This document shows, piece by piece, positions 45,714 through 52,819 of a DNA stretch of 64,000 nt (positions are counted from its first letter, which is position 1; each line of letters opens with the position of its first letter). Under the pieces are notes generated by a model, which was given only the letters and a program-made list of their open reading frames with translations, was not told the origin of the DNA and did no database searches. Source of the DNA: Candidatus Doudnabacteria bacterium (GTDB taxonomy: Bacteria; Patescibacteriota; Doudnabacteria; UBA920); the NCBI GenBank assembly GCA_963768175.1, contig CAVYGQ010000001.1:840717-904716 (forward strand), written 5' to 3'. Both the position numbers and the translations under genes were made by a program.

Positions 45714-48209
45714 ATGGCGGAAACAAACAACAATTTGGGTTTATCATCAGCCGAAGCCGCTAGCAGATTAAGGCAGTACGGCTATAACGAAATTGCGGAA
45801 AGCAAAAGGCTATCCGGGCTTTTGGCTTTTTTGTTAAGGTTCCGCAATCCGCTGGTGCTGATTTTGGTCTTTGCGGCTACGATATCAGCTGTAACCGGGG
45901 ATCCCGTCAGTGCGCTGATTATCATCAGTATTGTACTGCTGTCCGTTATCTTAGATTTTTTTAATACCTACAAATCCCAAAAAGCCGCGGAAGAGCTGAT
46001 AGAAAAAGTGGAAATTACAGCCGAGGTATTGAGAGGCGGCATAGTGACTCCCCTGCCGCTGCGCTTGATTGTGCCCGGAGACGTGGTGGAACTTGAGGCC
46101 GGAGACGTAATTCCCGCAGACGGCAAAATTTTAAGCGCCAAAGATTTATTTTTGAACGAATCTTCGCTAACCGGCGAATCTTTTCCCGCGGAAAAGCAGG
46201 AAGGCTTGCCTATTTTTTTGGGAACCAACGTGGTTACCGGCACTGGCCGGATGCTGGTGGAAGTTACGGGTAAAAAAACCAAGTTCAGCAAAATCGCGGA
46301 AAGTCTGGAAGCGCCGGAAAGGCCTACGGATTTTGACCGCAGCATAAAAGATTTTAGCTACTTAATTATGAAGATAACTTTTGTCTTGGTTATCTTTATT
46401 TTTTTGGTTAACGCCATACTCAAAGGCAGCACTTATATTTTGGAGTTGTTTTTGTTTGCCGCGGCCTTGGCCGTGGGCTTGACGCCGGAGCTTTTGCCCA
46501 TGATTATTACGCTTAATTTATCCAAGGGCTCTTTGGCCATGTCCAAGCACGGCGTAATTGTAAAAAAACTATCGGCCATCCAAAACTTTGGCGCTATGGA
46601 TGTATTGTGCACCGATAAAACCGGCACGTTGACGGAAGACAGGATTGAACTGGTCAAGTACGTGGACGCCGAGGGCAAGCCGGATGAAAACATTTTTAAG
46701 TACGCTTACCTTTCCAGCAGTTTCCGCAGCGGCTTTAAGAATCCGCTGGATGTGGCTGTAAAAAATTTCAAGATGTTTGATATTGGCGGCAAATCCGCCT
46801 TCGCTGAAGCTTCGGCGGATGACTCGCTATCAAATATATTAATGGGAGTCAAAAAAATAGACGAAATCCCCTTTGATTACCGGCGCAAGCGCGATTCCAT
46901 TATCGTGAAAACTTCTCAAGGCTATGAGCTTATTTCCAAAGGCGCGCCTGAAGAAATGTTTGAGACCTGCAGTTTTTATAGCCAGATGGGTAAAAAACTC
47001 ACCCCTACTATAGCCAAAAAATTGGAAAAAGAATATCAGGCTTTAAGTGCCGACGGCTTTAGGGTTTTGGCTGTGGCCTGCAAGACGCTTCCGGAAAAAA
47101 CGGCATACGAAAAAGAAGACGAAAGGGATTTGGTTATATTGGGCTTTATTGCTTTTTTGGATCCGCCCAAAAAGAGCGTGACCGAAACCCTGCGGACTTT
47201 GGAAAATTATGGCATCGCCATAAAAGTTATTACCGGCGATAACGAAATTATTACCAAAAAAATCGCTCAGGAAATTAATTTGCCCGTTTTGGGCAGTTTG
47301 ACCGGGGCAGAGATAGAAAAATTGACCGATCGGCAGCTAGCAATAGATGCGGAGAAAACTACAGTTTTTGCGCGCGTTACGCCGGAACAAAAAAAGCGCA
47401 TTATTTTGGCTTTGCAAAAAAATAAACACGTAGTCGGGTTTATGGGCGATGGTATAAATGACGCGCCGTCGCTTAAGACCGCGGACGTGGGCATTTCGGT
47501 TAACAACGCGGTGGACGTGGCCAAGGAATCGGCCGATTTAATTTTATTGCACAAGAGTTTAAAGGAGCTGGCTTTAGGCGTTATCCAGGGCCGCAAAACT
47601 TTTGCCAATACTTTAAAGTATTTAATGATGGGTTTGAGCTCAAATTTCGGCAATATGTTTTCCATGGCCGGAGCATCCATGTTTTTTCCGTTTTTGCCCA
47701 TGCTGCCGGCCCAGATTTTGCTAAATAATCTGCTGTATGACGGCTCGCAGTTTGTCATTCCGCTGGACAATGTGGATGAGCAGGACATTGCCAGGCCACG
47801 GCAAATGAAGATCCATTTTTTGCGCAGATTTATGGTGGTTTTTGGCATTTTAAGTTCGGTGTTTGATTTTGTGACGTTTTTAGTGTTAACTTTTGTCTTC
47901 CATTATACCAACCACTACTTCCAGACCGGCTGGTTTATTACCTCTTTTGCCACGCAAATTTTAGTGGTATTTGTTATCCGCACCAAGCAGGTGCCGTTTT
48001 TCAAAAGCAAGCCGGCTAAGTCCTTAGTTATTTCCGTGTTTAGTTTTTTGGCTTTAGCCCTGCTTTTGGCCTTAGGCCCGATAAAAAATATCTTCGGCTT
48101 TGCCCCGCTTTCGCTGGCCATGGTTTTAAGCGCTTTCCTTATTACCCTGCTCTATTTAATCTGTATTGAGTTCGCCAAAAGCAAATTTTACCAATATGTT
48201 TCGGAATAA
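45714..48209 (+). CDS. Cation-transporting P-type ATPase (MgtA-like)
   Basis: DKTGTLT, TGDN and GDGINDAPSL motifs, 831 aa. Confidence 0.8.
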   Translation: MAETNNNLGLSSAEAASRLRQYGYNEIAESKRLSGLLAFLLRFRNPLVLILVFAATISAVTGDPVSALIIISIVLLSVILDFFNTYKSQKAAEELIEKVEITAEVLRGGIVTPLPLRLIVPGDVVELEAGDVIPADGKILSAKDLFLNESSLTGESFPAEKQEGLPIFLGTNVVTGTGRMLVEVTGKKTKFSKIAESLEAPERPTDFDRSIKDFSYLIMKITFVLVIFIFLVNAILKGSTYILELFLFAAALAVGLTPELLPMIITLNLSKGSLAMSKHGVIVKKLSAIQNFGAMDVLCTDKTGTLTEDRIELVKYVDAEGKPDENIFKYAYLSSSFRSGFKNPLDVAVKNFKMFDIGGKSAFAEASADDSLSNILMGVKKIDEIPFDYRRKRDSIIVKTSQGYELISKGAPEEMFETCSFYSQMGKKLTPTIAKKLEKEYQALSADGFRVLAVACKTLPEKTAYEKEDERDLVILGFIAFLDPPKKSVTETLRTLENYGIAIKVITGDNEIITKKIAQEINLPVLGSLTGAEIEKLTDRQLAIDAEKTTVFARVTPEQKKRIILALQKNKHVVGFMGDGINDAPSLKTADVGISVNNAVDVAKESADLILLHKSLKELALGVIQGRKTFANTLKYLMMGLSSNFGNMFSMAGASMFFPFLPMLPAQILLNNLLYDGSQFVIPLDNVDEQDIARPRQMKIHFLRRFMVVFGILSSVFDFVTFLVLTFVFHYTNHYFQTGWFITSFATQILVVFVIRTKQVPFFKSKPAKSLVISVFSFLALALLLALGPIKNIFGFAPLSLAMVLSAFLITLLYLICIEFAKSKFYQYVSE

Positions 48210-48284
48210 ACTTTAACTCATTCTCTAGTGCTTATTCGTGCGAATTAGCACTCGCTCGATAAAAAACAAGCCCTGCGATGAGGC

Positions 48285-48524
48285 TTATTTTTTTATCAGT
48301 TTTAACTTTTTTATCCGTGGCCACTTTTTTATTTCCGCCTCGCGCTTAAGCGCCTTGCCCCAGCTCTTGAATTTTTCATGGTAAACAATTTTTCCGCCGC
48401 CGTGGGCGATTACATATTTGGAACCTTTACCGGAATTGTGTTTTTGCTCCCGCTTTTTTAAATCCTTGGCGCTGCCGGAATATAGCGTGCCGTCTTTGCA
48501 TTTTAGGATGTAGAAATAGAACAT
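48285..48524 (-). CDS. GIY-YIG nuclease-family small protein (UPF0213-like)
   Basis: FYFYILKCKDGTLYSGSAKDLKKREQKH. Confidence 0.65.
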   Translation of the reverse strand: MFYFYILKCKDGTLYSGSAKDLKKREQKHNSGKGSKYVIAHGGGKIVYHEKFKSWGKALKREAEIKKWPRIKKLKLIKK

Positions 48525-48570
48525 GTCTTTACTTAAGTTCGGATTATAGCTAAAATTATAGAGATTTACT

Positions 48571-48602
48571 GGGCCTATAGTAAAGTGGTATTACGCGGCA
48601 TT
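48571..48602 (+). other. tRNA-like 5'-half fragment (a diverged duplicate of the tRNA-Ala 5' half)
   Basis: gggcctatagtaaagtggtattacgcggcatt compared with the intact gggcctatggtccagtggtaagacacggcatt. Confidence 0.5.
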
Positions 48603-48639
48603 TTCACCCCGTCACTAAATTGCATACAATACAAATGCT

Positions 48640-48713
48640 GGGCCTATGGTCCAGTGGTAAGACACGGCATTCGCATTGCCGGGACGCGAGTTCGATTCTC
48701 GCTAGGTCCACCA
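48640..48713 (+). tRNA. tRNA-Ala (anticodon CGC)
   Basis: G3:U70 pair, anticodon arm CGGCA-TTCGCAT-TGCCG, CCA encoded. Confidence 0.75.
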
Positions 48714-48743
48714 GCGTTTAGTGACGGGGCGAGTTGCTGAGGC

Positions 48744-48771
48744 GGGAGTTCGATTCTCCCTGGGTCCACCA
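48744..48771 (+). other. tRNA-like 3'-half fragment (T-arm, acceptor and CCA)
   Basis: gggagttcgattctccctgggtccacca. The inverted repeat ccccgtcactaaa/tttagtgacgggg brackets the intact tRNA. Confidence 0.5.
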
Positions 48772-48944
48772 TTTGACTTCGTTTCAGCAAGTTGAAACTT
48801 CGCTTATGGTTTTCGACCATATTACCGACGAATGTTTATACTTAGATAAAGTCGAATGTCTTGAGCGAGCGAAGCGAGTCGAAAGGCACTCACTCTCGTG
48901 GCCTTCGGCCAAATAATTCCCCCGATAAGGGGTTTTATCGTCTT

Positions 48945-49415
48945 ATGTTAAAAATTGAAATAATCGCTTTAGGAAAATTCAAGGAAAAGGCTTACAGGGA
49001 TCTGGAAGCCGAGTTTTTAAAGCGCTTGTCCCCCTTTGCCAAAATTAAAGTTATTGAACTGCCGGAAATCGGTTACGGCAAGAACCAGGATTTGGGAAAA
49101 ATTAAACAGCAGGAAGCGGAAAAAATAGTTAAACAATTGCCGGACGGCGGGGTAATAATTTTGCTGGAAGAAAAGGGAACATTGCGCAATTCCAAGGATT
49201 TTGCCGGTTTTTTAGAGCGGGTTGGCGGCTTGGGCAAAAAATTGGTTTTTGTCATCGGCAGCGGTATTGGTCTGCACGAATCAATCCGCCAATACAGCAA
49301 CTACACCATTTCCCTGTCCCCTCTTACTTTCCCGCACAATATGGCCAGGATCATTCTTGAGGAGCAGATATACAGAGCGTGTACCATTTTGTCCGGGAAA
49401 GACTATCATAAGTAG
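48945..49415 (+). CDS. rlmH: 23S rRNA (pseudouridine1915-N3)-methyltransferase RlmH
   Basis: The SPOUT fold (MLKIEIIALGKFKEKAY...VFVIGSGIGL). Confidence 0.75.
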   Translation: MLKIEIIALGKFKEKAYRDLEAEFLKRLSPFAKIKVIELPEIGYGKNQDLGKIKQQEAEKIVKQLPDGGVIILLEEKGTLRNSKDFAGFLERVGGLGKKLVFVIGSGIGLHESIRQYSNYTISLSPLTFPHNMARIILEEQIYRACTILSGKDYHK

Positions 49416-49509
49416 ATTTAAGATTAAAGATTTAGGTTTTAAGACTTCCCTCACCCGAGGGATTTTTTGAATCCGCGGCGATCAATGCCAAAAATATCCA
49501 AAGTAAAAG

Positions 49510-50772
49510 TTAAGTCTGGTCAAGAGTGTAAAAGTAGTGGTCAAATTGCATCAAAATTAGAAAAGTTACAAAAATAGTAACAAGAAGTAAGCTATAAGTA
49601 GTAAGTTTTTGTTTTAAAAGTTTATAAAGGTGTGAGAAAAATATCCAAACCAAAATTAACATTGCCGGGATGCCCATTTCCGCGGCGGCGATAATAAAAT
49701 AGTTGTGCGGCGGTTGTTTGTCCCACGGGGCTAGTGTTTTACCAGAGATGGTGTCCATCTCAAGCAGGCTCTCCCCTAGCCCAACTCCAAAAATTGGATT
49801 TTTTACTGCCATTTTTATGCCGGTAACATCGTAAAATTTTCTTGCTATAGTGGATTGGTCGAAAAAGGTCGCTCGGGTAATGAGAAAAGGCTTAAAAAGA
49901 ATAAACGAGGCTATAAGCGAAGCAACAAGAATAATTATGGCTGACGCTATCCTTCGAATGCCGGTCTCGGTATGATGCCAAAGAAGAAAACCAAAGAAAA
50001 TAACCAATCCGGCGGCTAGAGCAAGGAATGCTCCACGTGAAAAGGTAACTGTAAGCCCAAGAATATCAATGAATAGCAGAATTGAGTATAAAACCCTAGA
50101 TTTTTTAGTAATTAGGTTGGTTAATAAGTAAATAGTAATTAGAATCCCCGCCACCAGGAAGGCAGAAAATGGGTTTGGGTGAGGAAAGGTGCCATATCCG
50201 CGTATATAGGCTGTTCCACCTGAAACAATTTTTGCCACCCCAAGGATGCTTGGAGCCAAATGCGACTCCCCTAGTTTGTAAAGTCCGATTGAAGATTGCT
50301 TGGCAAATTGAATTAGAGCAAGGATGGATTCCAAGCCACAGAGCCAGGCAAAAAGCTTTAAAAACAAGTTTTTTATGGCATTTTGCTCAAATAGTAAGCT
50401 AAATGTTCCATATGCAACAATTAATTCTAGCCATTTTATCAATAAATAAGCATTAAGCCTTATATTTAAGCTAAAATGTATAAAAAATATAACAAAAATG
50501 GCTAAAATAAGCCATTTTAACGATTTTGCCACGTGGTAGAAATTTACACCACGTGGTGGAAAAACGGTCAAAGCAGTAAAAAATATCAATATGTCGCTTA
50601 AATATAAGGAAAAAGAAGTAAAATCCGAATAATCGCCGATTAAATAAGCTTCTTTTGTCAGAAAAACATGGCGGACAGGGAAAAAGATGCTAAAAATCGC
50701 TAAAATAAACAGCAAAACGAGGATTTTGTAATAATTTTGACTATTTTTAAGATTTATGATATAATTATGCAT
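49510..50772 (-). CDS. O-antigen ligase/polymerase-like polytopic membrane protein
   Basis: More than 10 TM helices and a Wzy_C-like loop region (TFSRGAFLALAAGLVIF). The start is uncertain. Confidence 0.5.
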   Translation of the reverse strand: MHNYIINLKNSQNYYKILVLLFILAIFSIFFPVRHVFLTKEAYLIGDYSDFTSFSLYLSDILIFFTALTVFPPRGVNFYHVAKSLKWLILAIFVIFFIHFSLNIRLNAYLLIKWLELIVAYGTFSLLFEQNAIKNLFLKLFAWLCGLESILALIQFAKQSSIGLYKLGESHLAPSILGVAKIVSGGTAYIRGYGTFPHPNPFSAFLVAGILITIYLLTNLITKKSRVLYSILLFIDILGLTVTFSRGAFLALAAGLVIFFGFLLWHHTETGIRRIASAIIILVASLIASFILFKPFLITRATFFDQSTIARKFYDVTGIKMAVKNPIFGVGLGESLLEMDTISGKTLAPWDKQPPHNYFIIAAAEMGIPAMLILVWIFFSHLYKLLKQKLTTYSLLLVTIFVTFLILMQFDHYFYTLDQT

Positions 50773-50888
50773 AATAAATAATTTTGCCAGGACAATGGTG
50801 CCCATTGTAAAATACGCTTATCTCTTTAACCATTCTAGCACAGCGGGTTTTTGTGTTATAATTTTTGAGTCCTGATGCTAAATTTTAT

Positions 50889-50963
50889 CTCCTCGTAGCT
50901 CAACGGATAGAGCAGCGGCGTCCTAAGCCGTTGATGTTGGTTCAATTCCAGCCGAGGAGACCA
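50889..50963 (+). tRNA. tRNA-Arg (anticodon CCT)
   Basis: Acceptor CTCCTCG/CGAGGAG, anticodon arm GCGGC-GTCCTAA-GCCGT, CCA encoded. Confidence 0.7.
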
Positions 50964-50988
50964 AAATAATCTATGTTATAATAAAACC

Positions 50989-51357
50989 ATGATTGACCCG
51001 GATTTAAAAAGCCAATTAGATCAAGTTAACGCAAATCTGATTGTTATCAAAAATCGAAAGAGTGGGGGAGTCTGGCGTGCTTTTTTTAACGGCGTGTTTG
51101 GGGCCCTTGGTTATGTGGTCGGTTTGGCAATCGTTGTACTCATTTTGGGCTGGTTTTTGCAAAAAAACGGCTTGCTGGGTGCATTTGAGACGCAGCTAAA
51201 GAATTTTACAGACTTAATTGACTCCGCTAAAAATTTAATTCCCAGCAATCAAAGCACCTCAACCTCAAAGACCATCCAACAGAACGGGGGAACGCCAACT
51301 ATGGTAACCTTGCCGAACGGCCAGCAAATAAAGGTAAATTTGCCTCAGGGGTACTGA
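50989..51357 (+). CDS. Hypothetical small membrane protein
   Basis: One TM helix and a Ser/Thr-rich tail. Confidence 0.4.
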   Translation: MIDPDLKSQLDQVNANLIVIKNRKSGGVWRAFFNGVFGALGYVVGLAIVVLILGWFLQKNGLLGAFETQLKNFTDLIDSAKNLIPSNQSTSTSKTIQQNGGTPTMVTLPNGQQIKVNLPQGY

Positions 51358-51424
51358 CCCCGTTAGAAGTCCAGCATATATCTTTTTAGCGGGTACTTTT
51401 AAGGTGTCCGACTTCTAACGGGGT
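51356..51424. repeat. Inverted repeat GACCCCGTTAGAAGTC ... GACTTCTAACGGGGT (paired family member at 51868-51969)
   Basis: Seen directly. Confidence 0.7.
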
Positions 51425-51485
51425 TGATAAAATAAGCTAAATCTAATAAAATATCTAAGCAACATTTTGTTGATCGTTTAAGGTT

Positions 51486-51515
51486 TGCCCTACGTAGCCT
51501 TGGCGAAGTAAGGGC
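51486..51515. repeat. REP-like hairpin GCCCTAC-GTAGCCTTGGCGAAGTA-AGGGC abutting the tRNA-Ala(GGC) 5' end
   Basis: The same loop motif as at 24338 and 35448. Confidence 0.7.
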
Positions 51516-51585
51516 CTGTAGTATAATGGTAATACGGATCCATGGCATGGATTAGTCGGGGGTCCGATTCCCCCCAGGTCCACCA
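51512..51585 (+). tRNA. tRNA-Ala (anticodon GGC)
   Basis: G3:U70 pair, anticodon arm GATCC-ATGGCAT-GGATT, CCA encoded. Confidence 0.75.
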
Positions 51586-51727
51586 CTCGACTCGCTTTGA
51601 CTAAAAGTCAAAGCTCGCTCGTGGCCTTCGGCCAAATCGAAGCGAGTTGACTGTCCCGAACGAAGTTGAGGGGCAAAAGTAACTCTCGTTGCGAGGGTTA
51701 TTTTTGTAAGGTATAATTAACCAGATT

Positions 51728-51801
51728 CGGGATGTAGTATACCGGTAGTACACACGCTTCGGGTGCGTGGAGACTGGGTTCGATTCCCAGCATCCCGACC
51801 A
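51728..51801 (+). tRNA. tRNA-Pro (anticodon CGG)
   Basis: Acceptor CGGGATG/CATCCCG, anticodon arm CACGC-TTCGGGT-GCGTG, CCA encoded. Confidence 0.8.
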
Positions 51802-51949
51802 GAGATAAAGCCCCAGTAAAATCTGGGGTTTTATCTTAGGTAAAGCAATGGTATGATATAGGTATGAACCCCGTTAGAAATTTATTCTTTCGGGAAACTT
51901 AGAGTAAATTGTTGAACATATCAAATATCTATTGTTTTATTGTTATTCC

Positions 51950-52783
51950 ATGGCTATTTCTAACGGGGTGAATAAGCAGGTTGTTATAAACAATCTTTTG
52001 ATTAGTTACAGCGAGGTACAAAGCGGCGGCGCTCAAACGCTGTTGTTTTTGCATGGCTGGCGGAGCCAAAAGGAAGTTTGGCTGCCGGTAATCCAAAAGT
52101 TGTCGGTCATAAACAGTCAGTTATCAATTTACGCAATAGATTTGCCTGGATTTGGCGGGTCGCAAGCTCCAACCACCCCGCCCCGTCAGACGGGCCACCC
52201 CTCCTTAAATAAGGAGGGGAATACTGCAGGATGGACGGTGGGGGATTATGTGAATATTGTTGCGGAATTTATTGGGAAATTAGAATTAAAAAATGTCATC
52301 GTTGTTGGCCATTCTTTTGGCGGCAGGGTGGCTATAAAATTAGCTTCGGTAAATCCGAAATTGGTAAATAAAGTGGTGTTGGTGGATAGCGCTGGATTTG
52401 CTATGGAAGCATCAAAGAAAAAATTGGCGGCCTTAGCCGCAAAAATTGTTAAACCGGTTTTTAAGCCCAAAGTCATGCAGGGACTACGCAAAAAAATTTA
52501 TCAGACAATCGGCGCGGAAGATTACGTAGCCATCCCGGAACTGCAAAAAACTTTTGTGAACGTTACGAACGAGGATTTGTCGGATGACATGAAAAAAATA
52601 CAGGCACCTACTCTTATAATTTTCGGGGAAAACGATAAAGAAACGCCGGCAACTTACGGCGAGTTAATGAAGTTTTTAATCCCAAAATCCAAATGCTTAA
52701 TTTTGAAAGGCACTGGGCACTTTAGTTTTTTGGAAAGGCCGGAGGAATTTGTAAAAATATTAAGTGATTTTATTCTATCTTAA
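51950..52783 (+). CDS. Alpha/beta-hydrolase-fold protein with an in-frame hairpin insertion
   Basis: LLFLHGW and GHSFGG nucleophile-elbow motifs. The start is taken at the ATG at 51950. The extra segment APTTPPRQTGHPSLNKEGNTAGW is encoded by hairpins at 52180-52219. Confidence 0.7.
   Translation: MAISNGVNKQVVINNLLISYSEVQSGGAQTLLFLHGWRSQKEVWLPVIQKLSVINSQLSIYAIDLPGFGGSQAPTTPPRQTGHPSLNKEGNTAGWTVGDYVNIVAEFIGKLELKNVIVVGHSFGGRVAIKLASVNPKLVNKVVLVDSAGFAMEASKKKLAALAAKIVKPVFKPKVMQGLRKKIYQTIGAEDYVAIPELQKTFVNVTNEDLSDDMKKIQAPTLIIFGENDKETPATYGELMKFLIPKSKCLILKGTGHFSFLERPEEFVKILSDFILS
52198..52219. repeat. Hairpin CCCCTCCTTAAATAAGGAGGGG inside the alpha/beta hydrolase gene (family members at 59294-59320 and 59361-59385)
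   Basis: A perfect 9-bp stem with a 4-nt loop. The similar hairpins are CCTCCCCTTAGAATAAGGGGAGG and ACCCCCTCTTATGAATAAGAGGGGGT. Confidence 0.65.
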
Positions 52784-52819
52784 CTATCTCTAATTCGCGC
52801 GAATAGGAGAACACTTAAA

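Noticed and set aside
48564-48771. Calling the outer tRNA halves plus the inner tRNA an intron-containing or split tRNA gene.
   Set aside because: After removing the inner segment I could not pair an anticodon stem for the outer halves. I report the arrangement as an observation only, not as an intron.
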